Assembly: GCA_036479435.1 (NCBI GenBank)
Contig: JAZGFI010000113.1
Coordinates: forward strand, 18,711 to 82,710
Direction: 5' to 3'
DNA length: 64,000 nucleotides
Source of the DNA: Planctomycetota bacterium
GTDB taxonomy: Bacteria; Planctomycetota; GCA-002687715; DRQF01
The translations under genes were made by a program, and so were the position numbers. This document shows, piece by piece, positions 39,078 through 47,229 of the stretch (position 1 is its first letter; every line of letters begins with the position of its first letter). The notes under the pieces were generated by a model, which saw only the letters and a program-made list of their open reading frames with translations, did no database searches and was not told where the DNA came from.

Positions 39078-40307
39078 ATGCCATCATTTAGATACAAAGC
39101 CAAAAACCAAAAAGGTGAATTGGTCTCGGGAAAGATCACGGGCGGGAATCAAGAAGAAGCCGCCCAGAAGCTCGAACGTCAACATCTCGTCGTCGTCAAA
39201 ATCAAAGCGCTAGAAAACAAAGGGCGCAGCAAGATCGAAAAACGCGCGAAGCGGGCCAGGCCTAGTGTTCAAAAGGGCGAGCTTGAACTGTTCACTCGTC
39301 AGCTCTCGACGATGATCTCGGCTGGTATTCCCCTATTGGAATGCTTAGAGATCCAGCGAGAACAGGCTGAGTCGCCGGGTTTCGCGAAGTGTTTGATGCT
39401 CGTCATCGAGGATATTCGCGGCGGTTCTGACCTCTCAGTTTCGATGGGAAGGCACCCCAGGGTTTTCACTGAGATCTACGTCAGCATGATCCGCGCCGGC
39501 GAGGAATCTGGCCAACTAGACGACATCTTGACGCGACTCGCCGAGTACCTTGAGGCGGCGGCGGCGCTGAAAAGCGAGATCAAAGCGGCCATGACCTATC
39601 CGGTCGTGTCCCTGGTTTTGGTCACGGCTATCACCGCGTTCTTGATGATCGTGATCGTGCCGAAGTTCAAGGCGATTTTCGACGGCTTGAGGGTGGAGCT
39701 GCCGGCTTTCACCGTTGCCGTCCTGAAAGTCAGTCTGTTCATGAAGAACCACGCGATCATGACTGCCCTAGGTCTCGGTTTCGGTTTCTTTGCTCTTCAT
39801 ATGTGGCGCAAGACGGAGACGGGAACCAAAGTTTGTGACCAGATCCTCATGCGATCGCCGGTCTTTGGGCCCTTGTTTCGAAAAGTAGCCTTATCCAGGT
39901 TCTCGCGAACTTTTTCAACGCTCATCAAAAGTGGAGTTCCGATTCTCGGCTCACTGGAGATTGTGGCCGACACCGCCGGCAACTACTTGGTTCGGCGCGC
40001 GGTCCTCGAAGCGCTAGAGGAAGTGCGCCGCGGCGAACCTCTCGCGGAGCCGCTCGCTCAACATTGGATCTTTCCACCGATGGTGACGCGGATGGTCGGC
40101 ATCGGCGAAAAATCTGGCGCTCTCGAAACCTTGCTATCCAAGATCGCCGATTTCTACGACCAACAAGTAGAGACTGATGTGAAGTCCCTAACCAGTTTGA
40201 TCGAGCCCTTAATGATCGGATTGATGGGGATCATGGTGGGCGGGATCGTCCTCGCCGTCTTCATGCCGATCATGAAACTTCAGCAATCGCTCACTCCAGG
40301 CGCCTAA
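39078..40307 (+). CDS. pilC: Type IV pilus platform protein PilC (GspF family)
   Basis: MPSFRYKAKNQKGELVSGKI.... Duplicated GspF-like halves with TM segments. 409 aa. Confidence 0.9.
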   Translation: MPSFRYKAKNQKGELVSGKITGGNQEEAAQKLERQHLVVVKIKALENKGRSKIEKRAKRARPSVQKGELELFTRQLSTMISAGIPLLECLEIQREQAESPGFAKCLMLVIEDIRGGSDLSVSMGRHPRVFTEIYVSMIRAGEESGQLDDILTRLAEYLEAAAALKSEIKAAMTYPVVSLVLVTAITAFLMIVIVPKFKAIFDGLRVELPAFTVAVLKVSLFMKNHAIMTALGLGFGFFALHMWRKTETGTKVCDQILMRSPVFGPLFRKVALSRFSRTFSTLIKSGVPILGSLEIVADTAGNYLVRRAVLEALEEVRRGEPLAEPLAQHWIFPPMVTRMVGIGEKSGALETLLSKIADFYDQQVETDVKSLTSLIEPLMIGLMGIMVGGIVLAVFMPIMKLQQSLTPGA

Positions 40308-40338
40308 GCGACCAGGAGAAATCTGCTCAATGAATGTT

Positions 40339-40371
40339 GCATGCCTTGAGACCTCGAGTCTCAAGGCATGC
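40339..40371 (+). terminator. Perfect 14-bp hairpin after pilC, without a U-tract
   Basis: gcatgccttgagac-ctcga-gtctcaaggcatgc. No T-run follows. Confidence 0.45.
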
Positions 40372-40545
40372 GCCACTCCAGGCTTTGGAGGCCATTGATG
40401 CTGCATTTGCTGAGCGTTCACACCAAGGTTTTCTCTCAATACCCATTCATACCCAGCACTGAATTTTCATTAGCTCAAAAGTCTGGGCAGGGAGTTCCGA
40501 TAAGTCCGGTGCCGCCGACACGGGCGGTTAGTCAAAGAAAGAACC

Positions 40546-41361
40546 ATGCGCAAAGTCCTCACCAAAAGCAGATTCAAAAACGGCCGCCGCCTTCTGTATC
40601 CAGTTGGCGCGCTTTTGGTCGCAGCTTTGGTCTACGCCGGTTTCTTTCACGTCGCAGAGCCCGACCCTGAGGTCTTGCTGGCATCAGCAGAGGTGTACGC
40701 ACACTCAGGTCTTTACGAAGAGGCGAAAGAGATCGCTTTTCAAGTCCTCAAGGAGAAACCGGATAGCGTTGATGCCCGTCTCATCTTGGGACTTGTGGCC
40801 GAACGAACTGGTGACCTCGACGCTGCTCTTGGGATTTACGAAAAACTGAAACGAGAAGTTGACGGCGCCACGAAACGCCGGCGATTGGAGCTGAGTTGCA
40901 TTGACCTTGAGCGAAGGCTGCAGCGCTTCGAAAGCGCCAAGGCTCGTGTCGCGGCGAGCCGCGAAGCCGGTGACAAAAATCCCCAGCTTGAGCGAATCCT
41001 GGGCGTGATTGCTTTCGATGAAGGCCACACGACGGTCGCGATTCGACACTTCGAATCCTACCTAACGATGGTGCCCGAAAGCGAAGAAGCTAAGAGCCTG
41101 TTGATCCAGGCGCAGCTATCGAATGGACAAACCTCAAAGGCTCGTGACTTGTTGTCACGAGTTGATGAAAAGTCGCAAACCTGTTGGCCCTTGTGGCCGA
41201 GGTTGGCGCGCACCTGCCTTGAGGCAGGTGATGAGGAGGGCGCACTCGCGGCGCTTTCCCGTTACGCCGAACTTGATGCCCACGCACAAAACCGTCTTCG
41301 CCAAAACGAATACTGGCGGTCGCGTGTGGAAAGCGGGGAGTTCAGCGAAATCTTCAATTGA
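40546..41361 (+). CDS. Membrane-anchored TPR-repeat protein
   Basis: TM LLYPVGALLVAALVYAGFF. TPR-like repeats (YAHSGLYEEAKEIAFQVLKEKPDSVDARLILGLV...). Confidence 0.65.
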   Translation: MRKVLTKSRFKNGRRLLYPVGALLVAALVYAGFFHVAEPDPEVLLASAEVYAHSGLYEEAKEIAFQVLKEKPDSVDARLILGLVAERTGDLDAALGIYEKLKREVDGATKRRRLELSCIDLERRLQRFESAKARVAASREAGDKNPQLERILGVIAFDEGHTTVAIRHFESYLTMVPESEEAKSLLIQAQLSNGQTSKARDLLSRVDEKSQTCWPLWPRLARTCLEAGDEEGALAALSRYAELDAHAQNRLRQNEYWRSRVESGEFSEIFN

Positions 41362-41542
41362 AGACGGGAGGCGTCCCTTGGGATTCGAGGCGAAGAAGTC
41401 GAGAGATCGGCTCACCGCATCGAGTCGCGAAGGCGCCACTCCGATCAAATGGCGACGACGGGGCTTTTGCTCTGCACCGCAACGCGATCGGATCAATGCA
41501 GTGTGGAACGTATAAATACGAACCAAAGGAGAGTCCACAACG

Positions 41543-42262
41543 GTGAAGAACTTTAAGAACCAGGGTTTTACCCTTATCGAATTGATGATCGTCGTCGCTA
41601 TTATCGCGATCATCGCCGCTATCGCGGTACCGAACTTGCTTAGCGCGCGTCTTGCCGCTAACGAGTCCAACGCGATTGCGACCTTGCGTAACCTCGTGTC
41701 CGCGCAGGCCCAGCTTCAGCAGATGGGTCTCATGGACGCCGATACCGATGGTACCGGCGAGTACGGGTACTTCGGAGACCTCTCGGGTCTCTACAACCTC
41801 GGTCAGCACGCTGGCGCCGCCGCGTCTGTCAACCTCGTTGACCCGCCGCTGCTCGGCGCGTCTTTCCGTAACGTCAACGGCGATGGCCGTATCGTTCGCG
41901 GTGGCTACATCTTCCAGATCTTCCTTCCGGATGACGCTGGTGATGGTGTGGTCGAAGATGGTGGCGCGACGGTCTTCGCTGTCGACGCCGACAACTGCGA
42001 AGTGGCTTGGTGCTGCTACGCCTGGCCCATCGACTTCGCCAACACCGGTCGTCGTGCGTTCTTCGTGAACCAGTCGGGAGAAATCCTTGCGACCGGTAAC
42101 GCGTCGGACCTCTACTCCGGCGACGGCGCTGGCTTGTTCCCGACCGCTGGCGATGCTTTCGCCGGTACGGTTGACGAAGCTGCCACTGATGTTGCGATCA
42201 TGGTCCCGCTTAGCCCGGGTACTGCGACCACCGACGGCGTGGTTTGGAACGGCGTTCAGTAA
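41543..42262 (+). CDS. pilA: Type IV pilin (prepilin N-terminal cleavage/methylation domain)
   Basis: MKNFKNQG/FTLIELMIVVAIIAIIAAIAVPNLL. GTG start with SD AAGGAGAG. Confidence 0.87.
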   Translation: MKNFKNQGFTLIELMIVVAIIAIIAAIAVPNLLSARLAANESNAIATLRNLVSAQAQLQQMGLMDADTDGTGEYGYFGDLSGLYNLGQHAGAAASVNLVDPPLLGASFRNVNGDGRIVRGGYIFQIFLPDDAGDGVVEDGGATVFAVDADNCEVAWCCYAWPIDFANTGRRAFFVNQSGEILATGNASDLYSGDGAGLFPTAGDAFAGTVDEAATDVAIMVPLSPGTATTDGVVWNGVQ

Positions 42263-42286
42263 GCTGAACCTCGTTTGAAGTAGATC

Positions 42287-42324
42287 AAAGGGGCGTGATT
42301 CCTTCGGGGATCGCGCCCCTTTTC
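42287..42324. terminator. Hairpin terminator between convergent pilin and tatD genes
   Basis: aaaggggcgtgattcc-ttcg-ggggatcgcgcccctttt (two G-U pairs), followed by TTTTC. An A-run lies on the other side. Confidence 0.78.
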
Positions 42325-42346
42325 TCATCACGCTCTTTGGTGGCGT

Positions 42347-43105
42347 CTAAATGCCAAAGAGCCTTCGCGTGTTGCTGGTGGTTGCGGCGTCGGCCTCGGC
42401 CAAGCTCAGGCCGCGAACTTCGGCGAGTTTCTGCAGGGTGGCCGACAAGTAGGCCGGTTCGTTTCTTTTGCCGCGCCAAGCTTGGGGTGGCAGAAAAGGG
42501 CAATCAGTCTCGACGTGAATGCGGTCCGCGGGCGCTAAGCGGCAACACTCTCTTAGACCTTCGTTCTTTTTGTAGGTCAGCGGCCCTGCAAAGCTGATGT
42601 CGAATCCTAGGGCTAGGCTGCGCTCCATTGCCGCCAAGTCTCCAGAGAAGCAATGCATGACGCCCGCGGGGATTTCGGAATGTGCCTCAAGGATTTCCAA
42701 GAGCGCATCCCATGCGTCCCGACAATGGACAACAAGTGGAAGGTCATGGCGCAGCGCAAGATCAATTTGCCTCAGCAAGGCTGCGCGTTGATCTTTGGGA
42801 GTCGTCCGGTCCCAGTAGTAATCAAGACCCGTCTCGCCTACGGCGACGCACTCGCCCTCGGCCAGGAGTGCCTCAAGAGCATCCCAGTCTTGCTCTTGGA
42901 GATCGCCGATGTCAGTGGGATGAAAGCCTGCCGTTGGGTAGACATCCGCCCTTAGGCTGGCGAGTTTGATAGCGGCACGGCTGGATGCCAAATCGCAGCC
43001 GACGACCACAAAGGCCTCGACGCCTTCGGCGCATGCGCGATCGAAAACGGCATTGCGGTCGTCATCAAAGCGGTCGAAGTATAGATGGGCGTGGGAGTCA
43101 ATCAT
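42347..43105 (-). CDS. tatD: TatD-family metal-dependent hydrolase
   Basis: MIDSHAHLYFDRF..., VGETGLDYYW, VVHCRDA, ETDCPFL. Confidence 0.9.
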   Translation of the reverse strand: MIDSHAHLYFDRFDDDRNAVFDRACAEGVEAFVVVGCDLASSRAAIKLASLRADVYPTAGFHPTDIGDLQEQDWDALEALLAEGECVAVGETGLDYYWDRTTPKDQRAALLRQIDLALRHDLPLVVHCRDAWDALLEILEAHSEIPAGVMHCFSGDLAAMERSLALGFDISFAGPLTYKKNEGLRECCRLAPADRIHVETDCPFLPPQAWRGKRNEPAYLSATLQKLAEVRGLSLAEADAATTSNTRRLFGI

Positions 43106-43186
43106 GTCGGAATGCTATTCGATGATGGAATTCGTGGCGAGGGTCGCATAGTTTATCGCCTTCTAACACCTAAGGATCTAGTTCCG

Positions 43187-44197
43187 ATGAATGACAACGA
43201 CCGGCAAAGCAATCGCAGCACCATGTTTGAAGAGGTCCTTACGGTCTTGAACGCCGGGCAGAGGTTCGTGGTAACCGGCCACGAGATGGTCGACGGCGAC
43301 TCCACGGGCTGCGAGTTGGCTTTGCACTACGGCCTGAAGAGCCTCGGTAAGACCGTTGAGATCGTCAACAACGAGACGATCATGGATCGTTACCAGTTTC
43401 TCGACCCTGAAGGGCATTGTGGAGTTTTCGACGCCGCGGCCTTTTCGCGCCAGCTCGAGGCTGCGGACGCGATGATCGTCGTCGACAACAATTCTTGGTC
43501 AAGGCTGCGGGATCTTGAGCCAGCGGCAAGGGCCTTTGAGAAACCGGTGATCTGCATCGATCATCACCGGGTCTCGGAGCCGTTTTCGGCCTGGCATCTT
43601 TACGACACCGCTGCCGCGGCAACCGGCGAGCTCGTCTTTGATCTCTTGAAGGCGCTCGGGGCGACCATTGACGCTGCTGCCGCCGAGGCACTCTTTGTGG
43701 CGCTGACGGCTGATACTGGCTGGTTTCGTTACTCAAATACCACGCGCCGGAGTTTTGACATCGCGCGAGAATTAGTCGACTGCGGTGCCGATCCCGACCG
43801 TGTCAATCGCGAGACCAACTACCAAGAGACCCTCGAGCTGCGCCGGCTGATGGGCCGATTATGGAACGGCGTTCAGACTGCATGCAACGGCAAGGTCGCC
43901 TGGGGCGTCTTGAGTCAGGAAATGGTGCGAGCAGAAGGTGTGCGGATGAAGGACACCGACGGCTTCATCGACGAGCTGCGAACCCTGAAGGGCGTCGGAA
44001 TCGTCGCTCTGATCAAAGAGCTAGCAAACGGTGAAATCAAGTTGTCCCTACGTTCGTCACCGCCGTACTCAGCGCACGCTGTCGCCACGCAATTGGGCGG
44101 GGGAGGGCATCGTCACGCCTCCGGCGCGACCCTAAAAGGTCCGCTCGCAGAAGCGGTGGAGCGAGTTGCAGGCTTGATGATGGCCGCTTCGAACTAG
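43187..44197 (+). CDS. DHH/DHHA1 phosphoesterase (NrnA-like oligoribonuclease / pAp phosphatase)
   Basis: FVVTGHEMVDGDSTG, ICIDHH, GGGGHRHASGA. Start uncertain (43085 or 43187). Confidence 0.8.
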   Translation: MNDNDRQSNRSTMFEEVLTVLNAGQRFVVTGHEMVDGDSTGCELALHYGLKSLGKTVEIVNNETIMDRYQFLDPEGHCGVFDAAAFSRQLEAADAMIVVDNNSWSRLRDLEPAARAFEKPVICIDHHRVSEPFSAWHLYDTAAAATGELVFDLLKALGATIDAAAAEALFVALTADTGWFRYSNTTRRSFDIARELVDCGADPDRVNRETNYQETLELRRLMGRLWNGVQTACNGKVAWGVLSQEMVRAEGVRMKDTDGFIDELRTLKGVGIVALIKELANGEIKLSLRSSPPYSAHAVATQLGGGGHRHASGATLKGPLAEAVERVAGLMMAASN

Positions 44198-44264
44198 TGG
44201 TCCGCAATGCAAATTCGTGACGCGAATCTACTTTGCGAACCGCTTCAATTGAGGCGGCTGCGGT

Positions 44265-45911
44265 CTACATCCCTTGGTATTTCGGCCCGCCAGCGTCACT
44301 TGGCACGGACCAAGTAATGACTTGGTAGGGGTCCATGATGTCGCAAGTCTTGCAGTGGACGCAATTCGAGAAGTTGATCTGCATTTGCTTTTTGTCTTGG
44401 CCCGGCACCTCGACCATTTCGTAGACCTCAGCCGGGCAGAATTTCTCGCAGGGATTGCCGTACTCTTCGGCGCATTTCGTTGCACACAGGTTGGTGTCGG
44501 CAATTTTTAGGTGGCTCGGCTGGTGCTCGTTGTGAATCGCCCCCGCGTTGAACACCCCGGTGGACTTGTCGAAAGTCAAAGTCCCATCGGCGGCGGTCAT
44601 GGCGCCTTCGTTGGGTCCTTGAGTCCACTCCGATTGTTTTTTCATCGACTCGTGGTCGGCGTGGAGCGGCGCCGGATCGCGAAGCAGACGGCCGCCGACC
44701 ATGGAAGCCAAGTTGGAAAGCAATCCGCCGACCCAAAACCCGTAGCGGAACGCGCTGCGATAGTTGCGGGTCTTTTTGAGTTCAGTGGCTAGCCAGGACG
44801 ATTGGAATCGATCTTCGTAGCTTTTGAGCGCGGCGTTCGCAAAATCACTTTTTTCCAGACATTCTGCGAGCGTTTCCGCGCAAAGCTGCCCCGACTTCAT
44901 TGCCGTGTGAATGCCCTTCAAGCGAGCGATGTTTAGAAGGCTCCCGGAGTCCCCAAGAATCAGAAAGCCGTCGCCGTAGCTTTTGGGTCGTGACCAATAA
45001 CCGCCCTCGGGTACGGTCTTGGCGCCTGATTTTACCAAGCTGCCCCCATCGAGAAGTCCCTTCACCAGTGGATGCGTCTTCCACTGCTGCATGGTGACGT
45101 AGGGGTCAAAGTTGGGGTCGCCCCCATCCAGTGCGGCGACAAAGCCAATGGAGACTCGGGTGTCGGAAAGGGCGTAGATCCAAGAACCACCGTAGTGGTT
45201 CGAAGCGAGAGGCCAGCCGGCGGTGTGCCAGATTTCTCCGGCCTTGATAAGCCCTTCGGAGACATCCCAAATCTCTTTGATGCCGGTCCCGTAGCTTTGT
45301 GGGTTGCGACCCTGCAGCTGAAGCTTATCGACGAGTATTTTTGTCAGTGACCCTCGTGATCCCTCGCCGAAGACAGTGACTTTGGCCTTGATGTCGGTGC
45401 CGGGCATGAACGATGCGCCCGGGTTTCCCTCGGCGTCGAGCCCCATGTCCATCGTGCGCACGCCCACGACGCGATCGTCTTCGAAGAGGATCTCGTGGCC
45501 AGGGAAAGCCTCGACGATCATGACGCCGCATTCCTCGGCCTTTTCCTTCATCCACATCACGACCTTGGAGAGGCTCACGATGACGTTGCCGTGGTTCTTC
45601 AGGGGCGGCGGGACGATGGGGAACTTTTTGGAACCGTTTTTGCTGAGGTAGTAAACTTTTTCGTTGCTGACCTCGGCGTCGACGGGGCACTCTTTTTGCC
45701 AATCCGCGCCAAAAATCTCAGCGATGCCTCGCGGATCCATGATCGCGCCGGAGAGAATGTGGTCGCCGACGTTCTGGCTTTTCTCAATAACGGCGATTTC
45801 TGCCTCTCGACCGCTTTCCTCAAGCGTTTTGGCGAGCTGGTAGGCGGCGGCCAAGTTGGCGGGGCCGGCACCGACGAAAAGGACATCGACTTCGAGTTGT
45901 TCGCGTTCCAT
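44265..45911 (-). CDS. Electron-transfer flavoprotein:ubiquinone oxidoreductase
   Basis: FAD fold VDVLFVGAGPANLAAAY. C-terminal 4Fe-4S CPAEVYE...NCVHCKTCDI...GGPKYQGM. Confidence 0.9.
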   Translation of the reverse strand: MEREQLEVDVLFVGAGPANLAAAYQLAKTLEESGREAEIAVIEKSQNVGDHILSGAIMDPRGIAEIFGADWQKECPVDAEVSNEKVYYLSKNGSKKFPIVPPPLKNHGNVIVSLSKVVMWMKEKAEECGVMIVEAFPGHEILFEDDRVVGVRTMDMGLDAEGNPGASFMPGTDIKAKVTVFGEGSRGSLTKILVDKLQLQGRNPQSYGTGIKEIWDVSEGLIKAGEIWHTAGWPLASNHYGGSWIYALSDTRVSIGFVAALDGGDPNFDPYVTMQQWKTHPLVKGLLDGGSLVKSGAKTVPEGGYWSRPKSYGDGFLILGDSGSLLNIARLKGIHTAMKSGQLCAETLAECLEKSDFANAALKSYEDRFQSSWLATELKKTRNYRSAFRYGFWVGGLLSNLASMVGGRLLRDPAPLHADHESMKKQSEWTQGPNEGAMTAADGTLTFDKSTGVFNAGAIHNEHQPSHLKIADTNLCATKCAEEYGNPCEKFCPAEVYEMVEVPGQDKKQMQINFSNCVHCKTCDIMDPYQVITWSVPSDAGGPKYQGM

Positions 45912-45972
45912 CGACCATCCTAACGGGGCATAAGGGAGGGGCGAAGGGCAAGACTAAGCGAGATTGAGGCGC

Positions 45973-46000
45973 TTGATGAGGTCCTTTTGCCACCTATAAT
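45973..46000 (+). promoter_or_regulatory. Candidate sigma-70 promoter for tRNA-Cys
   Basis: TTGATG-N16-TATAAT. The -10 box ends 13 nt before the tRNA 5-prime end. Confidence 0.45.
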
Positions 46001-46013
46001 ACGGCGCTTTCGT

Positions 46014-46084
46014 GGTGGTGTGGCCGAATGGTTAGGCAACGGATTGCAAATCCGTGTATCCCGGTTCGATTCCGGGCGCCACCT
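46014..46084 (+). tRNA. tRNA-Cys (GCA)
   Basis: Cloverleaf drawn by hand. Acceptor ggtggtg/cgccacc, anticodon stem acgga/tccgt with loop ttGCAaa, T arm cccgg-ttcgatt-ccggg, discriminator U. CCA is not encoded. Confidence 0.9.
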
Positions 46085-46143
46085 CTAATAAATTTGAAGG
46101 CCCGCGCAGCCCTGCGTTGCCTTCTCCGGGCCTGGAATACTCG

Positions 46144-47112
46144 ATGACCGCTTGGTTGCAATTCGGCGGCGGACTTGTCCTTTTGCTCATCGGCGCCGAC
46201 GCTTTTGTCCGCGGATGCGTCAGCTTGGCCTTACGCCTCAAGATATCCCCCACCACGGTGGGGCTTACCATCGTGGCTTTGGGCACCTCTCTCCCCGAGT
46301 TGGTCATCGGGGTCATGGACAATCAAACTGGCAGCGGCGCCGTCGCGGTGAGCGCCATGTTGGGCTCAAACCTCTTCAACATTGGCTGCGTGCTCGCCCT
46401 CACCTCGATTATTTATCCGATCGCGATCTTGGGACGGACCGTCCGCCTCGAATACCCCTTCATGCTAGGCACCGTGCTGCTGTTGTGGTGGCTGCTTTAC
46501 TCCCAGGGCGAGCCCATTGTCTTGGATCGCAGCGACGGCGTGGTGCTGTTGATGTCGAGTTTGGCCTTCGTTGCGTTCTTGATCGTGCGCGCGAAATTCT
46601 ACGCTAGCCGTCGCTTCAAAACTCAGGTCGAAGAGACGCTTGAGGACGCTGACATGCCGTCGATGGGGGTCGCCGGAATGCTGGCCTTCATCATCGTTGG
46701 GCCGGTTTTGCTTTTCTTCGGCGGAGACTTGAGCCTTGAGGGTGCGCGTTCGCTCGCCCAATCTTGGGGCTGGAGCGAATACGTTATCGGATTGACGGTG
46801 GTGGCCTTTTCAACCAGCGCACCGGAGCTCGCAGTTTCGGCCGTCGCGGCGTTCCGCAAAAATACCGAAGTCGCGATCGGCAACGTCATCGGGTCTTGCA
46901 TCTTTAACCTGGGACTCGTTCTGGGTCTCTCGAGTATCCTAAAGCCTTTGCCGGTGGAGAGTCGCGTTCTTCATGAGGACATTTGCTGGCTGGCCGGGTT
47001 CACTGTCTTGGTCTTGCCCTTGATGCTCTACGGCCGCCGTTTGGGGCCTTGGGATGGCGTCTTATTGCTGGTCGCCTTCCTCACTTATTACGGAATCTTG
47101 ATCTTTGGCTGA
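46144..47112 (+). CDS. CaCA-family Ca2+/Na+ antiporter (YrbG-like)
   Basis: Two alpha-repeats (ALGTSLPELVIG; AFSTSAPELAVS), about 10 TM segments. ATG 46144 chosen because the ORF-track start overlaps the tRNA. Confidence 0.85.
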   Translation: MTAWLQFGGGLVLLLIGADAFVRGCVSLALRLKISPTTVGLTIVALGTSLPELVIGVMDNQTGSGAVAVSAMLGSNLFNIGCVLALTSIIYPIAILGRTVRLEYPFMLGTVLLLWWLLYSQGEPIVLDRSDGVVLLMSSLAFVAFLIVRAKFYASRRFKTQVEETLEDADMPSMGVAGMLAFIIVGPVLLFFGGDLSLEGARSLAQSWGWSEYVIGLTVVAFSTSAPELAVSAVAAFRKNTEVAIGNVIGSCIFNLGLVLGLSSILKPLPVESRVLHEDICWLAGFTVLVLPLMLYGRRLGPWDGVLLLVAFLTYYGILIFG

Positions 47113-47229
47113 AGTCAGCGCACCGCGGGTGGGTCGTCATTCATGCGGTGTTTTCGCTAAGTTCCGCTAACTCCATGTGGCTTCGGTTAGACTCCAAACC
47201 TTGCTCCTTCAGGTCATGGAGAACACGAC

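Noticed and set aside
46054-46143. The ORF-track start of the antiporter ORF overlaps tRNA-Cys.
   Set aside because: The extension translates the tRNA and spacer (MYPGSIPGATSNKF...). The membrane protein begins naturally at MTAWLQFGGGLVLLLIG (46144).
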